Shown one piece after another: positions 1 through 8,122 of a DNA stretch of 34,529 bases. The notes under the pieces are model-generated. The model was not told the origin of the DNA and searched no databases. It saw nothing but the letters and a program-made list of their open reading frames with translations. The stretch comes from Frankiales bacterium. GTDB taxonomy: Bacteria > Actinomycetota > Actinomycetes > Mycobacteriales > SCTD01. Position numbers and translations under genes: made by a program. The first letter of the stretch is position 1. Each line of letters opens with the position of its first letter. The DNA is taken from the NCBI GenBank assembly GCA_025464795.1, contig JAODNB010000303.1, positions 1 to 34,529 of the forward strand, written 5' to 3'.

Positions 1-1633
1 CCTCGAGGTCGAGCTGCTCGACGACGTAGGACTCGCCCTGGTGGAGGTAGACGGCCCCGGTGTGCGCTTGGGCGTGGGCTGAGCTGTTGTCGACCGTGCC
101 GAGCAGCCGTCCCGTGGCCGACTCGACCAGCCGCACGGGTGGGCCGCCGGCCCCGCGAAGGTCGGCGTCGGGACGCTCACGGGAGGTCCAGAACCAGCCC
201 CGCGGGCGGTGCTTGAGCAGCCCTCGCCGCACCAGGTCGGGCAGGACGTCGAGAGCGCCGGGGAACATCGGCAGGTCCGCCTCGGTGAGAGGCAGCTCGG
301 CGGCGGCGCAGCACAGGTGAGGTCCCAGGACGTAGGGGTTCGCTGGGTCGAGCACCGTCGCCTCCACTGCGCGACCGAACATCGCGGCGGGATGGTGGAC
401 CAGGTAGGTGTCGAGCGGGTCGTCCCGGGCGATGAAGACCGCAAGGGCGCCCTGGCCGGCCCGTCCGGCACGTCCGGCCTGCTGCCACACCGAGGCGACC
501 GTGCCCGGCCATCCGCTGAGGACAACGGCGTCGAGGCCCGCGACATCGACACCGAGCTCGAGGGCGTTCGTGGCAGCGACCCCGAGCAGATCGCCGGACT
601 GCAGGCGCTTCTCGAGCTCGCGCCTCTCCTCGGGCAGATAACCCGAGCGGTAGGCAGCGATCCGCGGGGCCAGTGAGGGCGCGGCTTCCTGCAGCGCCCG
701 TCGTGCGTTGATCGCGACCGCCTCAGCACCCCGCCTGGAGCGCACGAAGGCGATCGTGCGTGCTCCCTCCACGACCAGGTCGGCGAGCAGGTCACCGGTC
801 TCGGCCGTCGCGGAACGCCGTACGGGGGCGCCGTTCTCGCCGCCGTAGTCCGGCATGAGCGGCGGCTCCCAGAGCGCGAACTCCGTGGTGCCTCGAGGGG
901 ACGCGTCGTCGGTGACGGCGACGACGTCCAGGCCCGTCAGGAGGGACGCTGAGGCCGCTGGGTCGCTGACCGTCGCCGAGGCGAGCAGGAAGACCGGCTC
1001 CGCGCCGTACCTCGCGCAGACCCGGCGCAGTCGGCGCAGCACCTGCGCAACGTGGGACCCGAACACCCCGCGGTAGGTGTGGCACTCGTCGACGATCACG
1101 AAGCGCAGACCGCGCAGGAACCGCGAGAAGTCCGCGTGCCGCGGGAGGACGGACCGGTGCAGCATGTCCGGGTTGGTCAGCACGAAGGTCCCGAAGCGGC
1201 GGACCCAGTCCCGTTCCTCGTGGGCGGTGTCCCCGTCGTAGGTGGCCGCCCGCACCGCCATGAGGTTGAGGGCGCGCACCGCCCGGAGCTGGTCCGTGGC
1301 CAGCGCCTTGGTGGGGGACAGGTACAGCGTGGTGGCCCGCTCGTCCTCCAGCAGCGCAGCCAGCGAGGGCAGGAGGTACGCGAGGGACTTGCCGGAGGCC
1401 GTACCGGTGCTGATCACCACCGAGGAACCACCGCGCGCGAGGTCGGCGGCCTGCGCCTGGTGCTCCCACGGTGCCGTGACGCCCTGCAGCGCTAACCGGT
1501 CGAGCAGCAGCTGAGGGACCCACAGCGGCCACTCGGCGGCCCGACCGACGCGTGCGGGGACGTGCTCGACGTGCGTGACGCGGTCAGCGCGGGACGGATC
1601 CAGCAGCAGGCGCTGCAACAAGGAGGAGGACAT
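1..1633 (-). CDS. DEAD/DEAH-box SF2 helicase, SftH/MrfA (DUF1998-associated) family; 3' end runs off the window
   Basis: Manual minus-strand translation from ATG at 1633: [28 protein letters not shown]..., Walker [29 protein letters not shown] box ([14 protein letters not shown]), ELGVD. Absent from the ORF track because no stop lies in the window. Alternative in-frame ATG at 1654. Confidence 0.9.
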   Translation of the reverse strand, partial: MSSSLLQRLLLDPSRADRVTHVEHVPARVGRAAEWPLWVPQLLLDRLALQGVTAPWEHQAQAADLARGGSSVVISTGTASGKSLAYLLPSLAALLEDERATTLYLSPTKALATDQLRAVRALNLMAVRAATYDGDTAHEERDWVRRFGTFVLTNPDMLHRSVLPRHADFSRFLRGLRFVIVDECHTYRGVFGSHVAQVLRRLRRVCARYGAEPVFLLASATVSDPAASASLLTGLDVVAVTDDASPRGTTEFALWEPPLMPDYGGENGAPVRRSATAETGDLLADLVVEGARTIAFVRSRRGAEAVAINARRALQEAAPSLAPRIAAYRSGYLPEERRELEKRLQSGDLLGVAATNALELGVDVAGLDAVVLSGWPGTVASVWQQAGRAGRAGQGALAVFIARDDPLDTYLVHHPAAMFGRAVEATVLDPANPYVLGPHLCCAAAELPLTEADLPMFPGALDVLPDLVRRGLLKHRPRGWFWTSRERPDADLRGAGGPPVRLVESATGRLLGTVDNSSAHAQAHTGAVYLHQGESYVVEQLDLE

Positions 1634-1752
1634 CGCAGGACCATCCTCGACCATGTGGGCATAGGGTGGCGGCACGGTTAGATCACCGTGCCAGGGGTAC
1701 CCAACCCCGAGTGGCGGCACCGGCCGCCCTGTCAGTCGTGGAGGAAACCGCA

Positions 1753-2100
1753 GTGGACCTGTCGCTGGAAGATCGCCAAGAGGGTGACCGCACGATTGTG
1801 GTGGTCGGCGGCGAGATCGATGTCTATACGGCACCGAAGCTGCGCGAGAAGCTCATCGACCTGGTCAGCGCGGGGCACTACCACCTCGTGGTCGACATGG
1901 AGGCCGTCGAGTTCCTCGACTCGACGGGGCTCGGGGTCCTCGTCGGTGGTCTGAAGCGCGTCCGTGCGCACGAGGGATCGCTGCGCCTGGTCTGCACCCA
2001 GGAGCGGATCCTCAAGATCTTCCGCATCACCGGTCTCACCAAGGTGTTCCCGATCCACGCGACGGTGGCCGAGGCCGTCGCCGCGACGGAAACGGCCTAA
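1753..2100 (+). CDS. bldG: STAS-domain anti-sigma factor antagonist (BldG/RsbV-like)
   Basis: [13 protein letters not shown] and [12 protein letters not shown] with the conserved phospho-Ser. GGAGGA RBS before GTG 1753. Helicase/bldG/anti-sigma/hppA order as in Streptomyces. Confidence 0.88.
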   Translation: MDLSLEDRQEGDRTIVVVGGEIDVYTAPKLREKLIDLVSAGHYHLVVDMEAVEFLDSTGLGVLVGGLKRVRAHEGSLRLVCTQERILKIFRITGLTKVFPIHATVAEAVAATETA

Positions 2101-2108
2101 GCGCGGGC

Positions 2109-2528
2109 GTGGCCACCGTCGAGCTGCTGCTCTCTGCTCTCCCTGCTCACGTCCGTACCGCTCGTCTGGTCGGTGTGGCTGCCGCGCGCCGGGCGGGACT
2201 TGCCGATGACCTCGTCGACGAGCTTCGACTCGCGGTCGGGGAGGCCTGCTCCCGGGCTGTCGCGGTCAACGCCGAGCACGCCCCGGAGACGCCCATCAAG
2301 ATCACCGTTCGTGATGATCCTGCTGGCCTGACGGTAGAGGTGACCGATGCCGGGCCCGAGAGCGGCCCGTTGTCGGACGACGTCGAGGACCTGTTCGCTG
2401 AGGACGCGGTCGACCCGCGGGTGGCCCTGGCCGTCCTTGCGGGGCTCGTCGACGAGCTCGACATCACGTCCACTGAGGCGGGCACGACGGTGACCCTCCG
2501 GTGGCCCCTGCCGGTGCGCGTCTCCTGA
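2109..2528 (+). CDS. Anti-sigma factor / Ser kinase-like ATP-binding protein (RsbW/ApgA-like, HATPase_c_2)
   Basis: ELRLAVGEACSRAV, VEVTDAG, GLVDELDI...GTTVTLRW; directly downstream of the STAS gene. Confidence 0.85.
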   Translation: MATVELLLSALPAHVRTARLVGVAAARRAGLADDLVDELRLAVGEACSRAVAVNAEHAPETPIKITVRDDPAGLTVEVTDAGPESGPLSDDVEDLFAEDAVDPRVALAVLAGLVDELDITSTEAGTTVTLRWPLPVRVS

Positions 2529-2542
2529 TCTTGGCGGGGCGG

Positions 2543-2558
2543 TGTGAGTCGGATCACG
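2543..2558. promoter_or_regulatory. Candidate CRP/GlxR-family binding site upstream of hppA
   Basis: TGTGA-GTCGGA-TCACG is a 9/10 match to TGTGA-N6-TCACA; a TATTCT -10-like hexamer lies at 2569-2574. Confidence 0.45.
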
Positions 2559-2680
2559 CCGACATGCGTATTCTGGCCGCGCCCGTCCCGTTTCCCGGGT
2601 CGGAGCCGCACCGCCTTCTGCCCCTACGAAGCGTGCGACCCCTTCGCGGGCAATGTTGCCCGCGCTGACCTGGAGGACAC

Positions 2681-5002
2681 ATGTCAGCGCTCCACCTCGC
2701 TGCCGGCAGAGTCGCATCAAACGACCTGCCAACGTACTTGCCCGATGACAAGAAGCTTCTGTACATCATCCTGGCCGTCTCGATCGTGGCGCTCGGCTTC
2801 GCGGGACTGTTCGCGAAGCAGGTCCTGGTCGCCGAGCAGGGCCCGCAGAAGATGCGGGACATCAGCAAGGCCGTGCAGGAGGGCGCAGCCGCCTACCTGA
2901 ACCGGCAGTTCAAGACCCTGGCCGTGTTCGCGGTGCTGGTGTTCGGGCTGCTGTTCATCCTGCCCGGGAGCTCCGAGGTCCGAGTGGGCCGCTCGCTGTT
3001 CTTCGCCGTCGGTGCGCTGTTCTCGGCCGCTGTCGGTTTCATCGGCATGACCCTCGCGACGCGGGCGAACGTCCGTGTCGCGCACGCCGCCAACACCGTC
3101 GGGGAGAAGCCGGCTCTGCGGATCGCCTTCCGCTCGGGCGGCACGGTCGGCATGCTCACCGTCGGCCTCGGCCTGCTCGGTGCGACGACGGTGCTCCTCG
3201 TCTACGGCAAGAACGCGCCCGAGGTGCTCGAGGGCTTCGGCTTCGGCGCTGCTCTGCTCGCGATGTTCATGCGCGTCGGCGGCGGCATCTTCACCAAGGC
3301 GGCTGACGTCGGTGCCGACCTGGTCGGCAAGGTGGAGCAGGGGATCCCTGAGGATGACCCCCGCAACGCCGCCACCATCGCGGACAACGTGGGTGACAAC
3401 GTCGGCGACTGCGCCGGTATGGCGGCAGACCTCTTCGAGTCCTACGCCGTCACGCTCGTCGCCGCGCTCATCCTCGGCCAGGCGGCCTTCGGCTCACTCG
3501 GGCTCGTGCTCCCGCTCATCATCCCGGCCATCGGCGTGCTCACGGCCCTCGTCGGCATCTACGCCACGGCGTCGCGTGACAGCGACAAGAACGGCCTGAC
3601 CGCCATCAACCGCGGCTTCTTCATCAGCGCGCTCGTGTCGGCGGCGCTCGTCGCCGTCGCGACCTACTCCTACCTCCCCGACAGCTACGCGCAGATCGAG
3701 GGGGTAGCCGGCAGCATCAAGGGCCTCGACGGGGATCCGCGGCTGTTCGCACTCGGTGCAGTCATCATCGGCATCGTGCTCGCCAGCGCGATCCAGGTCC
3801 TGACGGGGTACTTCACCGAGACCGACCGCAAGCCGGTCCGTGAGATCGGCAAGAGCTCGCTCACGGGCGCGGCCACGGTCGTCCTCGCTGGCATCTCCGT
3901 CGGCCTCGAGTCGGCTGTCTACTCCGCCATCCTCATCGGTGGTGCGGTGTACGCCGCGTTCCTGCTCGGTGCCGGCGTCCCGCTGCTCGCGCTGTTCGCT
4001 GTCGCCCTGGCCGGAACGGGGCTGCTCACCACGGTCGGGGTCATCGTCGCCATGGACACCTTCGGCCCGATCTCCGACAACGCCCAGGGCGTCGCTGAGA
4101 TGTCCGGGGAGGTCGGCGAAGAGGGCGCGATCGTGCTCACCAAGCTCGACGCCGTCGGCAACACGACCAAGGCCATCACCAAGGGCATCGCCATCGCGAC
4201 GGCTGTGCTCGCCGCCACCGCCCTGTTCGGCTCCTTCCGCACGAAGGTCGGCGAGGCCCTCGTGACGGCAGGCGGGGCCGCGCACCACTACCGGTTCGCC
4301 CTGTCGATCGACGAGCCGAACCTGCTGTTCGGGCTGATCATCGGCGCGGCGGTGGTCTTCCTGTTCTCGGGACTCGCCATCAACGCGGTCTCCCGAGCGG
4401 CCGGCCGGGTGGTGTTCGAGGTGCGCGAGCAGTTCCGCACCAAGCCGGGGATCATGGACTTCACGGAGAAGCCCGACTACGCCCGCGTCGTCGACATCTG
4501 CACGAAGGACTCGCTGCGCGAGCTGGCCACTCCTGGTCTGCTGGCCGTCCTGGCACCGATCGCCGTCGGCTTCGCCCTCGGCTACGCCCCGCTCGGTGCG
4601 TTCCTCGCCGGCGCCATCGCCGCCGGTGTCCTCATGGCCGTCTTCCTGGCCAACGCCGGTGGCGCGTGGGACAACGCGAAGAAGCTCGTCGAGGACGGCA
4701 CGCACGGTGGCAAGGGCTCCCCGGCCCACGAGGCGACGATCATCGGTGACACCGTCGGTGACCCCTTCAAGGACACCGCCGGCCCGGCGATCAACCCGCT
4801 GCTCAAGGTCATGAACCTGGTCGCCCTGCTCATCGCTCCCACCGTGGTGAAGTACGGCCTCGGAGTGGACGAGAACAAGGGCGTCCGGGCCGTGGTCGCG
4901 GGACTGGCGATCCTGGGCATCGTCGTCGCGGTGACGATCAGCAACCGCCGTGGGGTCTCGACCACGAGCGACGTCATCGAGAAGGCCAAGACCGGCGCCT
5001 GA
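2681..5002 (+). CDS. hppA: Membrane-bound ion-translocating pyrophosphatase, probably K+-independent H+-PPase
   Basis: GGGIFTKAADVGADLVGKVE, EDDPRN, DNVGDNVGD, GNTTKA (Lys at the K+-dependence position), GGAWDNAKK, GDTVGDPFKDT; GGAGGA RBS. Confidence 0.96.
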   Translation: MSALHLAAGRVASNDLPTYLPDDKKLLYIILAVSIVALGFAGLFAKQVLVAEQGPQKMRDISKAVQEGAAAYLNRQFKTLAVFAVLVFGLLFILPGSSEVRVGRSLFFAVGALFSAAVGFIGMTLATRANVRVAHAANTVGEKPALRIAFRSGGTVGMLTVGLGLLGATTVLLVYGKNAPEVLEGFGFGAALLAMFMRVGGGIFTKAADVGADLVGKVEQGIPEDDPRNAATIADNVGDNVGDCAGMAADLFESYAVTLVAALILGQAAFGSLGLVLPLIIPAIGVLTALVGIYATASRDSDKNGLTAINRGFFISALVSAALVAVATYSYLPDSYAQIEGVAGSIKGLDGDPRLFALGAVIIGIVLASAIQVLTGYFTETDRKPVREIGKSSLTGAATVVLAGISVGLESAVYSAILIGGAVYAAFLLGAGVPLLALFAVALAGTGLLTTVGVIVAMDTFGPISDNAQGVAEMSGEVGEEGAIVLTKLDAVGNTTKAITKGIAIATAVLAATALFGSFRTKVGEALVTAGGAAHHYRFALSIDEPNLLFGLIIGAAVVFLFSGLAINAVSRAAGRVVFEVREQFRTKPGIMDFTEKPDYARVVDICTKDSLRELATPGLLAVLAPIAVGFALGYAPLGAFLAGAIAAGVLMAVFLANAGGAWDNAKKLVEDGTHGGKGSPAHEATIIGDTVGDPFKDTAGPAINPLLKVMNLVALLIAPTVVKYGLGVDENKGVRAVVAGLAILGIVVAVTISNRRGVSTTSDVIEKAKTGA

Positions 5003-5016
5003 TCTTCCGCACGGTC

Positions 5017-5054
5017 GAAGGGCCCGTTCCCGCAGTACGGGGGACGGGCCCTTC
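5017..5054 (+). terminator. GC-rich hairpin after hppA
   Basis: GAAGGGCCCGTTCCC...GGGGACGGGCCCTTC inverted repeat 14 nt after the stop. Confidence 0.75.
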
Positions 5055-5254
5055 CGCTATGTCGCCCCATGTCCGTGGTGCCCGAATCCACCACCCGCCC
5101 GTGAGGTTTGCAGGGCGCAGGAACGTGCACAACGTGAACGAGACGTAACGCTGAGGCATCACGACGCCGCGGGCTCACCCCTCTGCGCGTTGACCCTTGC
5201 CCCGGTCGTCTCCAAGGATGTCCGCATCAGCTCGATCAAGGCAGGGGAACGACA

Positions 5255-6562
5255 GTGAGCTTCCGAAGCAGCACCAGAGTCCTGGGTTCGATCGTCGCCA
5301 TCACGGTGCCGCTCGTGCTCGGCGGCATGCAGACCTCAGCGTCCGCGGCAACCGTCGACTCGGGCGGGTTCGCCGAGGCCTACGGCCTGCTCATCGACGC
5401 CACCCTCCTGCAGGGCAACGTCCCGGTGACGGTCGGCCCGCTGGCGCCTGTCGCCAGCTCCTGCCCGCCGGCGTCGGGCGTCAAGACGACCCAGCTCCTC
5501 GGGGCAGGGGACCCGACGGTCGCTCGGGCTGACGTGCTGAACACCGGTGCCGCGACCGACTGCTCCGGGAACAAGTCCCTGGCCTCCGCCCAGACGACCA
5601 ACGTCACCGCGCTGGGTGCCGCCGCGCCCCTGAAGATCGAGACGGACGAGATCACCGCGACGTCCGGGACCACGTGCGCAACAGCCCCGAAGGGCTCCAC
5701 GGTCATCGCGAACCTGAAGGTGGGTGGCACCGCCGTGCCGCTGCCCACGGACATCCCGCCGAACACCGACCTGCTGCCGCAGCTGTTCGGGCCGCTCGGC
5801 ATCCGCGTGATCCTGAACGAGCAGCACCCAGCTGCGTCAGGCCGCGGCCTGGTGGTCAACGGACTGCACATCATCGCCGCGGGCGCTGGAGCGCTCCCGA
5901 TCGGCGGCGCCGTGATCCGCGGTGACGTCATCATCAGCCATGCCGTGTCCGGCGTGGTCTGCCCGGGCGGTCCGGGCAGCGACAACGGTGGCCTGCCCAA
6001 GCCCGACATCAGCTTCACCAAGGTGGCGAACCCGACGACCGCCAAGCCCGGGGAGAAGGTCACCTACACCGCCACGGTCACCAACACGTCCACGACCCCC
6101 TGCGAGGTCCTGAAGTTCGTCGAGCACGTCTCGCCGGCCTTCAACCTCGGCTCCAGCGCCGGCGCCTTCGGCACTGCCCTGGACACCCCGGCTCCGGTCC
6201 GCACCGATGGCGGCGTGGACGCGGTCCTGCGGCCGACCGGTCTCACCATCGCCCCTGGTAAGTCCGCGGTCCAGACGTTCACGGTCACCGTCAAGCCCAC
6301 GACGGCCCCGGGGACCTACTACGACTCGCTCGAGATCTACTGCGGTCTGAACGGGAACTTCGTGAGCGGCCCCCTGGCCCCCGTCACCGTCCCGGCTGCT
6401 GCCGCGCCGGCCCCGCCGGCCGTCACGCCGCCGGTGGACGTCGCGGGTCCCGCTGCCCCGCAGCTGCCTCGCACCGGTGGCTCGCCGCTCCCCGCCGCAG
6501 CCGCTCTGGTGCTGCTCGCCAGCGCCGCAGTGATCTACCGCAAGCGGCTCGCGCAGCTCTGA
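5255..6562 (+). CDS. Secreted cell-surface protein: signal peptide, choice-of-anchor-P-like domain, DUF11-like Ig domain, LPXTG sorting signal
   Basis: Signal peptide ending ASA|A; VILNEQ motif; TKVANPTTAKPGEKVTYTATVTN (DUF11-like); Pro/Ala linker; LPRTG followed by hydrophobic helix and RKR tail. Confidence 0.8.
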   Translation: MSFRSSTRVLGSIVAITVPLVLGGMQTSASAATVDSGGFAEAYGLLIDATLLQGNVPVTVGPLAPVASSCPPASGVKTTQLLGAGDPTVARADVLNTGAATDCSGNKSLASAQTTNVTALGAAAPLKIETDEITATSGTTCATAPKGSTVIANLKVGGTAVPLPTDIPPNTDLLPQLFGPLGIRVILNEQHPAASGRGLVVNGLHIIAAGAGALPIGGAVIRGDVIISHAVSGVVCPGGPGSDNGGLPKPDISFTKVANPTTAKPGEKVTYTATVTNTSTTPCEVLKFVEHVSPAFNLGSSAGAFGTALDTPAPVRTDGGVDAVLRPTGLTIAPGKSAVQTFTVTVKPTTAPGTYYDSLEIYCGLNGNFVSGPLAPVTVPAAAAPAPPAVTPPVDVAGPAAPQLPRTGGSPLPAAAALVLLASAAVIYRKRLAQL

Positions 6563-6568
6563 GACACG

Positions 6569-6617
6569 GCTGACGACGCAGGCCCGGCCCACCAGGGCCG
6601 GGCCTGCGGTCGTTAGC
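6569..6617 (+). terminator. Long GC hairpin after the surface-protein gene
   Basis: Perfect core CGCAGGCCCGGCCC-ACCA-GGGCCGGGCCTGCG (6577-6608), extendable with GCTGACGAC/GTCGTTAGC. Confidence 0.75.
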
Positions 6618-6625
6618 GTGACGGG

Positions 6626-8044
6626 GTGTCGCCGTCCACCCCCGCCCTGCCTGATCCGACCGCTCTGCTGGTCGATGCGCCCGAGGTTCGAGCCGCCCTG
6701 CAGCGGGCCGGCTGGTCCTCGTCCGCGCTCGACGAGCTGCTCGGCCCGTCCTACCGAGGGCACCTGGATCGGGGCGAGCTGAGCCCGCTGCTCCGTCGTA
6801 CCCGGGGTTCTGGCGAGCTCGCGCGACTCGTTCGGGCTCTCGTCGTCGGTGGGGAGGTCGCGCCAGGGACCCTGCCCGACAGCTGGGTGCGGGACGGCCG
6901 CGCTGTCACCCGGCTGCAGGCCGTACCGCACGACGGCCTGGACGTGACCGTCCCGCACGACCCGGGCAGTGCCGCCGCGCAGGTCCATCCCGAGCAGGTC
7001 CTGGGCGTCGGCGCGGCCAGCATGACGCTCGCCTCGGCGACGCCGCGCGCGGTCGTGGGCTCCACCCTGGATCTCGGGACCGGGGCCGGGATCCAGGCAC
7101 TGCTCGCCGAGGACCACTCCGGCTCCGTCGTGGCGACCGACCGGAACGCCCGAGCCGTCGCCTACACCCGCCTCGCAGCCGCCTTGAACGGAACGGGTCT
7201 CGACGCGCGACAGGGAGACCTGCTGGACCCGGTGAGGGGCGAGACGTTCGACCTCGTCGTGAGCAACCCGCCGTTCGTCGTCTCTCCCGGCCGCCGCTAC
7301 ACCTACCGGGACGCGGGCTACCAGGGCGACGACGTGTGCAGCCGGTTGGTGCAGGAGATCCCGACCGTGCTAGCACCGGGGGGGCACGCGGTTCTGCTGG
7401 TGAACTGGCTCCACCTCGAGGGGCAGGACGGCGACGAGCGCGTCCTGTCCTGGTTCGAGGGGACGGGCTGCGACGGGTGGGTCGTGCAGCGCGAGCTGGC
7501 CGCCCCTGAGGACTACGTGACCGCTTGGCTCCGGGACACCGACGAGACGGCGTTCGACGACCTGTACGACGAGTGGGTCGACGCGCTGAGGGGCGTCGAG
7601 GCCGTGGCGTTCGGGATCGTCGCGATGCACAGGCGGGTCGACGGCTTGGCGCCCCAGGTCGTGCTCGACGTGGTCGACCAGCCGACCGCGGCGACGTGGG
7701 GCGAGGAGGTCACCGCGCACTTCGCCCGACGCGTGCTGCTGGAGGGCGACCTGCTCGAGGCTCGGCTGCGACTTCGTCCGGACGTGCGGCTGCACCAGGT
7801 CGCGACGCCGACCGCAGACGGCTGGATGGCGGACAACCAGCTGCTGCAGCAGGAGGCCGGCCTGCGCTGGAGCGGAGGGGTCGATCCGTACGGCGCGACG
7901 CTCCTGGCTGCCTGCGACGGCACCCAGAAGCTCGGGAACCTGCTGGCGGTCCTGGCCTCGAGCGCAGGTCTGTCCCAGGCCGATGCGGCAGAGCAGGTGC
8001 TGCCCGTCCTGCGGCACCTGGTCGCCAAGGGCTTCCTGTCCTGA
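6626..8044 (+). CDS. Class I SAM-dependent methyltransferase (NPPF motif, HemK/MTS-like)
   Basis: LDLGTGAGIQA (motif I), FDLVVSNPPF (motif IV); usual position upstream of topA in actinomycetes; probably leaderless (TAGCGT 6 nt before GTG). Confidence 0.85.
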   Translation: MSPSTPALPDPTALLVDAPEVRAALQRAGWSSSALDELLGPSYRGHLDRGELSPLLRRTRGSGELARLVRALVVGGEVAPGTLPDSWVRDGRAVTRLQAVPHDGLDVTVPHDPGSAAAQVHPEQVLGVGAASMTLASATPRAVVGSTLDLGTGAGIQALLAEDHSGSVVATDRNARAVAYTRLAAALNGTGLDARQGDLLDPVRGETFDLVVSNPPFVVSPGRRYTYRDAGYQGDDVCSRLVQEIPTVLAPGGHAVLLVNWLHLEGQDGDERVLSWFEGTGCDGWVVQRELAAPEDYVTAWLRDTDETAFDDLYDEWVDALRGVEAVAFGIVAMHRRVDGLAPQVVLDVVDQPTAATWGEEVTAHFARRVLLEGDLLEARLRLRPDVRLHQVATPTADGWMADNQLLQQEAGLRWSGGVDPYGATLLAACDGTQKLGNLLAVLASSAGLSQADAAEQVLPVLRHLVAKGFLS

Positions 8045-8122
8045 GCGAGACACCCCACAGCGACCCGCTTGACACCGTCATGCACTCTGTTTGGACACGA
8101 CCCCCCTTGAGCTTGGAGAGAT

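Noticed and set aside
5072-5130. CCCGAATCC resembling the start of a c-di-AMP (ydaO) riboswitch
   Set aside because: The downstream conserved elements (GGGGAACC, GGGGTGAAT) are absent; only a short GTGGTG/CACCAC hairpin is present.
8069-8074. Perfect TTGACA upstream of topA
   Set aside because: No convincing -10 at 16-18 nt spacing, so not called as a promoter.
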